Origin: Corallochytrium limacisporum Hawaii
Taxonomy: Eukaryota > Protista > Pluriformea
Assembly: GCA_002811645.1 (NCBI GenBank)
Contig: PDIP01000026.1
Coordinates: forward strand, 131,035-195,034
Direction of reading: 5' to 3'
DNA length: 64,000 nt
Shown: piece after piece, positions 32,766-42,713 of the stretch
Position numbering within the stretch: position 1 is the stretch's first letter
Layout of the letters: each line of letters begins with the position of its first letter
The notes under the pieces: generated by a model
What the model saw: the letters and a program-made list of their open reading frames with translations, nothing else
What the model was told of the DNA's origin: nothing
Database searches by the model: none
Translations under genes and position numbers: made by a program

Positions 32766-34793
32766 GATTGCTGTTCTTGTACGCTCCGTCTACTACTGCG
32801 AACCAATGATACACAACCTTTACAACTTTGCATACATCTACCGATTCCATTTTGAACAGCATTATACCGTTTACCTCATGTACCTCATCGTGTGCACACA
32901 CCTACACAGCTCCTCAATACGCATCACCGAACGGATGACAGATGATTACGCAGCCCCGTCACATCTGGGTCCACCAGCAGCTATCAACACAGGCCGGTTC
33001 CCCTACAGGCCACGCAGGGCAGCAGAACCGATTGCGCGGGCCGCTCATCACAGGTCCGAAGTTTGCAGCACGGTACCGGTACTGACATTCCGTCACCCTA
33101 ACAAGCCTCTGTGACACACATACGTGTACCCTCCCTGCGCAGAACTTACCGGACATGTACTGCTCTTGCTGTATTGTTACCCGCAGCATTCCGACCCAAC
33201 CCAAGAATCCACATCGGGGGGAGGGGGGGCAAGCCATACTGCATTGACTCAACGCATGGCTGGATTTTCTTTACCACCGTTCTGCTGCCTTCTGCACCCC
33301 AGAGTGAGTATCACTTGTGGCCGGTGCGGGACGTCAACGAATTACGAACGTCGGTGTCGTTAATTCTTCTCGGCACGCTCATTATGTTCACTCAGCAGCC
33401 ATCCCTACGGGCTCACACTTCGTCACTATTCACAAGCGGCGGTACTTTACTGTTGGGCAATCCTAGTAGGCTGTGAACGCATGTATTGTCTGCAGCTCAC
33501 AATGTCTCAGATGTTTCGAGCAAAGAAGTGAGATAATGATCTTCAGATTTCAAATTTGCCAGCGGAGGAATTATTGCAGGACGCGACGAGTGGCGTGCCG
33601 ACTTACACAATTTAGCCAATCCTCCTTACCGCACTACATTGGGTTCTCACAGCGCGCGGTGCAAATTGTTGTTGTTGTTCTTCATCGCCAACCCCCCGGC
33701 GGTGGGATAGTTGGTTTTTCTATTTTGAAGTCGATTGCGGTGGGCATATAAGAACAACATCACCCACCCAAGCGTCTTCTTAAATTTAAGGCCGATGATG
33801 ACTCATGCATCCGCTTACCATTTCCGAACCGCCGCTCCCAGCGTACGCCCGCCCGCGGGCGCAGAGCCCCCCAGGGGGGGTGGGGGCCGGCATTGTTCAA
33901 CACGTATCGCCCGAGGGAAACACCGACAATACAGCATTCGAGCAGTGGGACTGGGGCATGGTAAGGTAAGTGATTGATCTACCAAACGTTTAATGTTCGG
34001 GATTGGGTGAGGACACAACCTGTGTTTGCTGTCAGAGGGTCTCCAGAGTGTTCGCTTATTAAGTCTTCCTCATGACAGATGGGGACCCACTGCACAGCGA
34101 CTGTGACTCATGTAGCACACGTACCCAAGACCTGCCAGGACAGTACAAGACGCGTGGTGTTCCTATACGATTGCTTCATGCAGGTCACCTGCTCAGTGTA
34201 CGCAACCCTTGGTGGTGCGGCTCGTTCAATAAAAGGGCCGCCGATCTGAATCCTGCTCTCCCACACCATTACATCAACGGCTCTCTGATCTGATGCACCT
34301 TGCGCACTCTCAGAGCGCAACAGTGCTGTCTCATTCCGCCCACCGCCTGCTCCTGGACTTCAACCGTGTCTCCCTACCGAACCACCGGTCCATCATTGGT
34401 AACGAACACCTAATAGACATCATTATTTTTTGAAGTTTGGTTGCTCTCGTAAATCTTTTTGGGATTTCATCACCGGCAAGAGTGCGCGTCAGGACGGGGG
34501 AAACTCTGTCCAAACTATTCCCTCTGTCGGTCGCGCTGTGGGCACACTGACTGCGGGGTAAGAGGGGGGGGGAGGTGAGTTTCTGGGCGCGAATAGTTTG
34601 CGTAGGCTTGAGGTGGTCGGGTGTGACGCTTGTCCTTAGCATCAATTGTCGGGCTATTTAACAATCCTTGATTGACCTTACCCATATGTTTCATACTTTT
34701 TTGATTGATTTATTTAAAATATTGTATTTTTGACAGGCAAACATGTAAGAAAATATTTCTTGTTTTTGAAATAGAGACAAAAGCACATGGACC

Positions 34794-36113
34794 ATGAATA
34801 GGGTGGTCATTGAGCGGACTCGCGGGGCACAGGCCGCCAGACCGCGTCGATCAGGCCCACTGACGCGGAATTCAGAATTGGAAAAGGAGCTCAAGATCAG
34901 TAAGGAAAAGGCAAAGCAATTGATTGATAAAGTTCAGAAGTATGAAGGACAAATAGCTGATCTGATGGCACGGAATAGGCAACTCGAGCAGCAAGTGCTC
35001 AAGCAGGATCGGAGCTACCACATGCACAACAATGAAGCAGAACGCGCAAAACGTGATCCTCTCCTCGAAATGGGCCAGACTCGGCAGGTCCGCGACTCAG
35101 AATTTCAACAGGAACCGACGGAATTCCACAAGGAAATTGAACGACGAGAGCGACTTCATGAAACACAACTTAGCAACCTTCAGAAGGAGATGGAACTCCG
35201 TGAAATCAACCGTGCCCAAAAGGAGTCTACAATTGGTGAATTGCAGGAACGAGTAGGTGATCTACAAACACGCATTCGACGCCTGGAAACGGAGCTGTCT
35301 TCAACTCAGAATGAGCGTGATCGGATACGTTCTGACCTCATCAAAGAACGGAAGACTGTAAATGTTGTTGATAAGCGCCAGTACGACGACGTTTTGGTGA
35401 AGTATGAGCGGACTGTCGAGGGACTCCGGCTTCTGCGACAAAAATACAACCATCTCAAGCGTCGCTACGGAAATCAGTGTGCTCGAAGCTCAAAGTTGGC
35501 AGAATCTTTGGGCGAGCATGCCAAGTATGTGGTACAGATGGAAGCCAAGGTAAAGGTGTATCAGAGCAAGGCAGCAGACTTTGTGGACATGAGCTGCCAG
35601 GATGCACTACAGGTCCTGGGGAACATTGACAATGCCCAAGCCCAGAGTGAAGCTCGACAGCGACTGCGCTGTCTGTTGGAGATGTTCCAGGCCCAATTGC
35701 GCAGCCAGAAGATTGCTCTAGAGGACACCATGCTTCAGTCGACCAAGGCACATCAAGACATGGCCCGGCTGGCCGGGTACGTCGCGAGTTTGGAGCGCAT
35801 TCGGGCTGAGGAACTGACGATGTGGGCCCGGATGACGACGGCTGTATCATCACCAGTGCAGCAGTCGTTACAAAAGCCAGCTCTGGGCAGCAATGTAAAG
35901 TCCAAGCAATCGAATTCGTGTTTGAATCAGACAAGCCTTGCGACAAAGGAAGGCATCCCGCATCAGCCTTCGAGAATACCTTTGGCCACCAAGTCCGTGA
36001 TCGCCAACGTCCACGGCTTCCAGAAATCGACTCAAACAAGCCACTATATAGGCGGTGGTGGTCAGGTGCGGAAGTCAGTTTCGTTTTCGAATGTAACCAT
36101 GGTACCTTCTTGA
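34794..36113 (+). CDS. Uncharacterised coiled-coil protein, 439 aa
   Basis: Long ATG-initiated ORF with heptad-rich E/Q/R/L composition and a disordered S/T/K-rich tail. An E2F-like GGCGCGAA lies upstream at 34586-34593. Confidence 0.75.
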   Translation: MNRVVIERTRGAQAARPRRSGPLTRNSELEKELKISKEKAKQLIDKVQKYEGQIADLMARNRQLEQQVLKQDRSYHMHNNEAERAKRDPLLEMGQTRQVRDSEFQQEPTEFHKEIERRERLHETQLSNLQKEMELREINRAQKESTIGELQERVGDLQTRIRRLETELSSTQNERDRIRSDLIKERKTVNVVDKRQYDDVLVKYERTVEGLRLLRQKYNHLKRRYGNQCARSSKLAESLGEHAKYVVQMEAKVKVYQSKAADFVDMSCQDALQVLGNIDNAQAQSEARQRLRCLLEMFQAQLRSQKIALEDTMLQSTKAHQDMARLAGYVASLERIRAEELTMWARMTTAVSSPVQQSLQKPALGSNVKSKQSNSCLNQTSLATKEGIPHQPSRIPLATKSVIANVHGFQKSTQTSHYIGGGGQVRKSVSFSNVTMVPS

Positions 36114-36160
36114 TCCCAACAGGTCAATGTATCCTAACATAAAGCTTTATATTCTTCTGT

Positions 36161-37237
36161 TCAAATCAGTCCAGCGTCAGCAAGGTTGGCTTCAATGATG
36201 ATGTTCACTACGTCATCCCAGATCATCTTCATCTGCTTGCCATCTGTTGCCGTCGTCATGTGATGATATATTGACGTTTCCTTGTTCGGAGTCCTTTTCT
36301 GAAACTGTCCCAGAATGAATTCTGAGGCCTGATCCTTGTCAGTGCCACCCGTGTAGCCAGGGAAGCATTCCTTCAGGGGATATCGCTTCAGTGTCCGCTT
36401 CAACAAATCTTGCTTGTTCAGGAAGAGGATAACTGGAATGCCCTGAAGAGACTTGCTTTTCAAAACCTCTTCAAAGAGATTGAGTGTGTCAACCATGCGA
36501 TTCTCATGAGGTTCTTCGGTCATGGTCTGCGCATAGCAATTGACAGCAGCAAAGAAGATGATGGCATTTACATGGTCAAAGTAATGAATCCATTTCCGGC
36601 GGGATGCCTTCTGACCAGCCACATCAATGATTTCGAAATGCATTTGGTTAATATGAAAGCGTGCCTCGACCACACCACAGGTCATTTCGCGACAGTGTAG
36701 GATGTCTTGATGATCGGGAAGCCATGCAGGATCCTTGAGATCAACCAATTTTTGGAAGAAATATATGGCAGCTTCTTGCAAGTTGAAGCCTTCTCCGTGC
36801 TCCATGGCTTCCTTAACCAAATCGTGTTCAATAAAGCGCTCCACCTCTGCCGCAAGTTCCGTAGCGAACATTTCAGGATTCAGATCAGGGCCAAGGCTTT
36901 CCTTGCAATGCTCGGCAATCTCGTTTAGAGCTGCTGGGACTTCCGTACCTTTCTTTTCAGTCAGGGTGTCGGCAATGAGCACCACATTCTCCAAGACGTT
37001 GCGATAAGCGATCAGACGCATACGCTCACGCTCATCTTTGCTGTATTCCGCGCCATGAAAGTGACGGATCTGTTTGAAGAACGTACTCTTTCCGCTCTCA
37101 CCCGGTCCAAGCAATAGTAGCGAAATTCTGTTCTTCCGCTCCTTGCGGTCCTTCTCTATTTCCTTTTCAATGTGGAAACTCTTCACATACTGCACCTTCA
37201 GGTCACTATGGGTCATATCAATCGGCTTTTTAGGCAT
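36161..37237 (-). CDS. Heterotrimeric G protein alpha subunit, divergent
   Basis: G1 LLLGPGESGKST, switch I REMTCG, G3 DVAGQ, RRKWIHYF, G4 FLNKQD, G5 TTATD; C-terminus NLADAGLI. Confidence 0.95.
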   Translation of the reverse strand: MPKKPIDMTHSDLKVQYVKSFHIEKEIEKDRKERKNRISLLLLGPGESGKSTFFKQIRHFHGAEYSKDERERMRLIAYRNVLENVVLIADTLTEKKGTEVPAALNEIAEHCKESLGPDLNPEMFATELAAEVERFIEHDLVKEAMEHGEGFNLQEAAIYFFQKLVDLKDPAWLPDHQDILHCREMTCGVVEARFHINQMHFEIIDVAGQKASRRKWIHYFDHVNAIIFFAAVNCYAQTMTEEPHENRMVDTLNLFEEVLKSKSLQGIPVILFLNKQDLLKRTLKRYPLKECFPGYTGGTDKDQASEFILGQFQKRTPNKETSIYHHMTTATDGKQMKMIWDDVVNIIIEANLADAGLI

Positions 37238-37852
37238 GATGGCTAGTGATCACCCACCAGTGGTCACAAGCATGTGTAAGTCCAGGAGTGCTAGGGGCCT
37301 TAGATCGTCTAAGCAATTGTCAACTTCAATGGCGCTGCATCCAACGTCACAAGCGCAGTTGGACTCGGAAGTAGCTACACTGCACATCTCTTCATCATAA
37401 TAACCAGGTTACTCGCATTCTTCGTCATATTTTGCGATCTGTCAGCCGTATTTAAGGATAAGATTGGCACGATCTATAGGCACAGAGATCGGTAAGTGTT
37501 CTACATCGGGAGGACGCTAGTGATTGGCTGGAAACGAAATTGGGATTAAATTTGTAGTACTTTTTGTATGGAACCACACCCCCGTCCGTATTTCTCGTAA
37601 TATACGGCTATGCTGAACCTCGCCCCATTGGTCTGCTTCCCGCTCGCGGGGCGGTGCGCGCTGCCACAGTATGCTGACCGCAGCGGGGTGCCTTGGGAGC
37701 CACGCGGAGGCGTTAGGGTACATCAAGCTGAGCATGCCGAGCAAGCTTTTCATGAACAGCACCTATGCAATAGATCCGGCTTAAGGCTTCCTGCAAGAGA
37801 CGATATCCTTATGGGTTACAGAATGGGTTGAAATCTCAGTTTTTGCGCAATA

Positions 37853-38077
37853 ATGTTGGACAAGGAACGAAGGAACGCTGCACTTGAAGCTGAAGTCGTG
37901 TCCTCCCGGGACAAATTCATGGAGTCGTATGAGGCATTTCAAGAGGTGGCAAGACAGACCCTAGCATTTTCTGAAGCTCTCCGGAGACATCGGATGGAGT
38001 GCGATCGGCTCTCCCAAGGATTACAAACAATGGATGGCAGCATGTCCCGGGCACTTGCACGACAATCCGATGACTAA
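37853..38077 (+). CDS. Small helical/coiled-coil hypothetical protein, 74 aa
   Basis: ATG start with A at -3, amphipathic helical composition, no overlap with other genes. No family recognised. Confidence 0.45.
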   Translation: MLDKERRNAALEAEVVSSRDKFMESYEAFQEVARQTLAFSEALRRHRMECDRLSQGLQTMDGSMSRALARQSDD

Positions 38078-39662
38078 GTGGCGTCCATATGAATTAAAGA
38101 AGTGTATACACGGCTACGGCAGTGCACAACAATATGCCTGGTCATCATGGCCCACTATGCAAACACAAAGCAAAACCGCAAAGATTCCTCAATAAAACGG
38201 GCGGGACTTACTCTCTATATACGGATATCTTTAAAATGTCCCGTTATTCCGCACGGCCCGATCTTATATTTTAAGGGGCAGAGTAAGAAATTCTTCGTTT
38301 CTCCAAGAAAGAAAAAGAAGGAGGGGAGGGGAAGGGGGCGGGGCACCTTCCTCTTTTCTATTTGCAACGGCGGGTTCATTGGCCTGCTCTCTCTCTCCTC
38401 CAACTCGCACCCCTTCCCCTGGCTGCCGGGGGCCTTCGCCTTTCCTAATTTTTGTGTCTCCTTTGCGGAGGTCGCCGCCATCTTTCCCTACGTTCGCCTT
38501 TGGCTCCCTCGGCTTTGTGTGGCCGGTGTTTTGCTTGCGCCGGTAACTCTTTTTTTTTTTCTTCCCCTTTTTTTTTTTTGCGCCTGTGTTCCTAACACGA
38601 TTCGAAACGTCATCACTGGTGGCTGCCGTACGTTCTCTATCGTGTCGCTAAGGGAGATGTGAATTACCCAAGGAAACCCAAAACACAACGAAACAAGGAA
38701 TATTGGGAGACAATAAGAGTCGTGGGGTACACTGAGAATACGGGGAAAACCAACGGCTGAAAGACAGGCCAGCCAGACCAAAGCGACAGATCTGCAACGG
38801 AGTCCAAAAAAAAAACGAAAAGGATAAGAAAAAGTGGGGTGGGCCAGCCGCTGGACAAGAAAAAAAAAGGGGCGTTAGGCGGGGTGGAACCACGGACGGA
38901 AACGATCCAAAAGAGCAGCGGGCCGGGACGGACTGGGCCGTTTCCCCCCCCCCCCCGGGGGGGCTTGGAGAAGGGGAAGTGAGGGAAAGGCCCTAGGGCC
39001 GGCAAGTGAGCACGGCAGAGACCGAGGTTTCCAATATTGCAGGCAAGGAGAAAGAGAGCGGGACCCTCCTCCCCCCGGGAGGGGGGGGGGAGGGGCCAGG
39101 TACTTGGACGGAGGTGGCTGAAAAACAAAGGGCGGGCGGAGCAGTTTGCAAGGAGAAGAGAAAATGAAGGAGGTGGGGGAAGGGAGGGAGACGCAGGGAG
39201 CCAGTCTACACGGGGCGAACGGTGCAAATAAGGGGCCGCGTGTCCCTGGTTGAGTTCGGCGGTGGTTGTGTGCGCATGCACGGCCCTGGAATTCTAGGCG
39301 TGCCTAAGATCGCCGAGGGAAGACACCGGGTGAGCACGGTGTCAAAAGGCACGGGGAGGATCGATGTGGCCCAGGCTGAGAAGACTGCCGGGTCCATTGG
39401 CTCCATCAGAGCGGATGTCTCATGCACCCAGAAAGGTTTCTTTGTCTTCTTGAATGCCTGCACCCCTCTCATTTCTCCATGTCATGAGTAGAAGTTACTG
39501 TTCTGATGAACCGCCTGTGTGGTTGTCTTGTCAGGCATTTGAGGCCCAAACGTAGACCATGGCGGTCGCCTGAAAATTCATGTATGTAGAAGCGTGTGTG
39601 CATCGGGACACCAAGGAACCCTAGGATCGTTTTGTCGTTCTCTGACCAGGGTTCCCCGGAGA

Positions 39663-40660
39663 GGGTCTAGCAAGCCGTCCGAGACGGTCAAAGTCGTCGT
39701 ACGATGTCGGCCTTTGAACTCCCGCGAGCAGGACGTCGGGGCTTCTCAAGTTCTTACCGTTCACAAGCCTGAAGGTCAGGTGCAACTGACGAAGCCGAGC
39801 GATGTGAAGGAGCCGCCAAAGAGGTTTACATTCGACAGTGTCTACGGCCCGAAACACACGACTCCGCAGCTGTACGATAGGTCGGCTTCACTTTGGTTGA
39901 CAGCGTTCTGGCAGGGTACGATGCAATCGTCTTTGCGTACGGACAGACAGGTTATGGCAAGTCCTTCACAACGGAAGGTGAGCGAGAGCCAGTCGATAAG
40001 CGTGGCGAACTCTCTTGGGGCCAACTCTAAGACCCTCATGGTGGCGTGCATCTCTCCAGCAGGAGATTCCTGCGATGAGACCTTGAGTACCCTGCGCCAC
40101 GCAAACCGGGCCAAGAATATTAAGAATAAGCCAGTGATCAACGAGGATCCCAAGGATGCCCTCATTCGCAAATACCAGGATGAGATTATGCGTCTAAATG
40201 CTCTGTTGGAAGGCAAACAGGTGGATTGGACTGTGATATACAGGACTCTCAGTGGAATGGATCTGGCCGGAGCCGACATTGCCCCGGAGCCGGGCACAGC
40301 ACAGAAGGACGTGAACCTCTTGGGTCAGACTGAACTCGATATGTCTGACGTGGTCGAACAGGCTGAAGAGGACGGTGACGAGAGTGCCATCAACCTAAAG
40401 AAAAAGATGGAAATGATGAGCAAAACTGGCACCCATTGAGGCCATGCTCAAAAAGTCTCTGCTTGGATCCCGCAAGAAGGGTTAGGCGTTTGAGGGAGAA
40501 TTCAAAGGCGAAGGCTCGGCTGGACGGTGACATCATCAAAAGAGAGAACATGTCTTCAAATACCGTAGCAGTTAATAAAAACAAACAGCGCAATGAGTTC
40601 TAGTTACACAGACCTGGGATCAGGAGAATGAGGAGCCTGGTTGAACAGCTGCAAATATGA
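39663..40660 (+). pseudogene. Kinesin-2 (KIF17/OSM-3-like) pseudogene
   Basis: [13 protein letters not shown]...KRFTFDSVY is followed by a frameshift near 39891. The P-loop [11 protein letters not shown] (GQTGYGKS at 39941-39964) is in another frame. Near 40007 the sequence jumps directly from DKRG to [17 protein letters not shown]...[20 protein letters not shown], so switch I/II are absent. There is no ATG at the expected start, and there are further shifted tail remnants. Confidence 0.88.
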
Positions 40661-40830
40661 ACCCCATACTGTAAATCTGCTTGAACTTTTATGTATGAAA
40701 TTTAAAGTCCGACAGTTTTTGTGAGTAACTATTTCACCGACACATTCAGAGGTACCATGTGTCCCCTTTTCCCAATGGGTGATCGTTGTGTAATAAGTAT
40801 GCTTATGCAAGATCAAAATATGCTGACCAT

Positions 40831-40989
40831 TTAGTGTCCGTCACCGTGGGCGTGAGGGTTGGAGTAGGGAGAAGTCTCCTTCATTTCCTCGGAGATAGGG
40901 ATGCTGCGGTACAGTACGTAAGTTACTGCAAATCCAGCCACGAATTCCTTGATGCCCATAAGAGCCCGTCCTGCTGTAGGTGCTGCCAT
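40831..40989 (-). CDS. 52-aa single-TM microprotein, mitochondrial ATP synthase subunit j (Atp18 / 6.8PL / plant 6 kDa)-like
   Basis: Own translation: MAAPTAGRALMGIKEFVAGFAVTYVLYRSIPISEEMKETSPYSNPHAHGDGH*. The start context aaatcaccATG is like other genes here. FVAGFAVT and the ..EE.K.S...NP tail resemble subunit i/j. Confidence 0.7.
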   Translation of the reverse strand: MAAPTAGRALMGIKEFVAGFAVTYVLYRSIPISEEMKETSPYSNPHAHGDGH

Positions 40990-41696
40990 GGTGATTTTGT
41001 CTATGCTAGTGTGTGATTTATCCCAGTAAACCTTGGATAGCCACTATCCCACGCTGGCCCAATACAGTTGTTTGGACCAAAAAATACCATACTGTTACCC
41101 AGGTTTGTTTTCCAATAATTTACCAAACTATTCTAACCACATATTCAGTGTTGACCAGTTCGATTTCACCGACTTCGGAAGCGGTCATCAAACAGTCAAG
41201 CCGAAAATGGGATACATCATGATGGCCAGTGGGTCCTCTCGAAACCCCGCAAATCGCGCACAGGTGGACCCCAAGCAAGAGATTACCCACACACTGTGAG
41301 CCCCTCTGCTTAGCTCCTGGGACCCCTCCCTGTGAAGGTTTTTCAGTTTTGTTTTGTTTATGGAGAGGGATTGCCAATAGTGAATGTACTAAACACGGCG
41401 GACAGCTGAGACTAGGGAGTACTCGGCAAGGCAGGAATCAAGGAGGTTTGGGGAGGTTGTGTGGAAGGGAGAGACTGCGTGCTGGCCATAACACGAGATT
41501 GCCTCCTTCCCGGGGGGTCTCTTTGCACCGTTGATTCAATTGATTCCATTGAGTTTTGGTTACTGATTTCATATGATTTAATAAATCTGTTCCATTTGAA
41601 TTCCTTCTTCGAAAAAAACTATATTACTTAGGTGATTTATAGATGAAATCAAACAATCAAAGTACCGGAAAGGGACAGACGGGCAGATGTGGTCTT

Positions 41697-42713
41697 TCAC
41701 ATCTTCACCACCATCTTGCCTGTGTTCTCACCTTGGAAGAGACCAATGAAGGCATCGGGGAGACTATTAAAGCCTTCTCTCACGGTCTCCTCGCTGCGCA
41801 GCTTACCCTCCTGCACCCACTTGCCGAGTTCGGCGGCTCCAGCAGGGAACTCACTGAGCCAGTCGCTCACGATGAATCCCCGAACGGTCAGGCGCTTGGT
41901 GGTAATGAAGAACCAGTTCTTCACACCAGCAACATCAGCACGGTTACGGTCGTAGTTGGAAATTGATCCGCATGCAATGATCAAACCATTCAAGGCCATA
42001 TTCTCCAGAGCAGCCTCCAGCATGGGGCCTCCGACATTGTCAAAGTACAGGTCGATACCGTCGGGGCACTCCTTCGCAAGCCATTGGGAGTAGTTTTGTT
42101 CCGTCTTGTAGTTGAAGCAAGCGTCGATGCCGAGGGACTTCGTGTATGCAACCTTTTCATCGGTTCCAGCGGAACCCACAACCTTCATACCGTGGATCTT
42201 GCAGAGGCCAATGACGGCGGAGCCGACAGCACCCGCGGCCCCGGAGACAAAACAGGTCTTTCCGGGCTTCAGATGTTCCTGAGCAAAGTGCTTCATGGGG
42301 AGCCAGGCGGAGAGACCAGTGAGACCGAGGATACCCAGATACCAGGACAGAGGGACGTTGTCCTGGACGGGATATGCACGGGCTGGGTCGAGGGTCTGGT
42401 AGGGGATCCACTTTAGTAGGGCCTGCAGCTTGGTACCGACTGGGAACTTGTCGTTTTTGGAGACAACCACTTCAGCAACACAACCGGACTCCAGGGGTTT
42501 GCCGAGCTCAAAGGCCTCAAAGTAATTCTTTCCGGCGTTTACACGAGCGCGCATGTAGGGGTCAACGGAGAACCACAGAGGCTTAACTGTAATCTCTCCA
42601 TCTTTGGGCTCAGGAACCTCAACTTCCTGCTTCTCAAAGCACGCAGGTGCCAGCTTGGGATCCGGGCGCTTCTTCAGGATCCAAGCTTCGGCGGTCTTGG
42701 GAACAGCGGTCAT
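41697..42713 (-). CDS. NADP-dependent alkenal/prostaglandin reductase-family oxidoreductase (PTGR1/CurA-like MDR)
   Basis: SVDPYMR, LGILGLTGLSAW, VSGAAGAVGS, YFDNVGG and GENTGKMVV. ATG is at 42713. Confidence 0.94.
   Translation of the reverse strand: MTAVPKTAEAWILKKRPDPKLAPACFEKQEVEVPEPKDGEITVKPLWFSVDPYMRARVNAGKNYFEAFELGKPLESGCVAEVVVSKNDKFPVGTKLQALLKWIPYQTLDPARAYPVQDNVPLSWYLGILGLTGLSAWLPMKHFAQEHLKPGKTCFVSGAAGAVGSAVIGLCKIHGMKVVGSAGTDEKVAYTKSLGIDACFNYKTEQNYSQWLAKECPDGIDLYFDNVGGPMLEAALENMALNGLIIACGSISNYDRNRADVAGVKNWFFITTKRLTVRGFIVSDWLSEFPAGAAELGKWVQEGKLRSEETVREGFNSLPDAFIGLFQGENTGKMVVKM

Noticed and set aside
33961-34034. GTAAGT...TGTCAG candidate intron (another GTAAGT at 37492)
   Set aside because: Splicing does not create a meaningful ORF in the frames tried.
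32049-37237. Rhodopsin-G-alpha phototransduction pair
   Set aside because: Proximity only. The rhodopsin has pump residues and no cytoplasmic extension, an unrelated gene lies between them, and type-1 rhodopsins are not established G-protein activators.
38102-39491. ORFs of 80-205 aa in low-complexity DNA (also 22641-23363, 15469-15996 and 45753-47310)
   Set aside because: They are translations of homopolymer-rich promoter-like DNA or span the N gap, and are not protein-like.
41266-41290. GACCCCAAGCAAGAGATTACCC, resembling the 5' end of 28S rRNA
   Set aside because: The similarity stops before GCTGAACTTAAGC and there is no other rRNA sequence around it.
41295-41525. RNase MRP/P-like (GGGGCTCA, CTGAGACTAGGG) or H/ACA-like hairpin at 41463-41510
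   Set aside because: The conserved region I consensus is not met, there is no convincing second hairpin, and the region is adequately explained as promoter/terminator DNA between two minus-strand genes.
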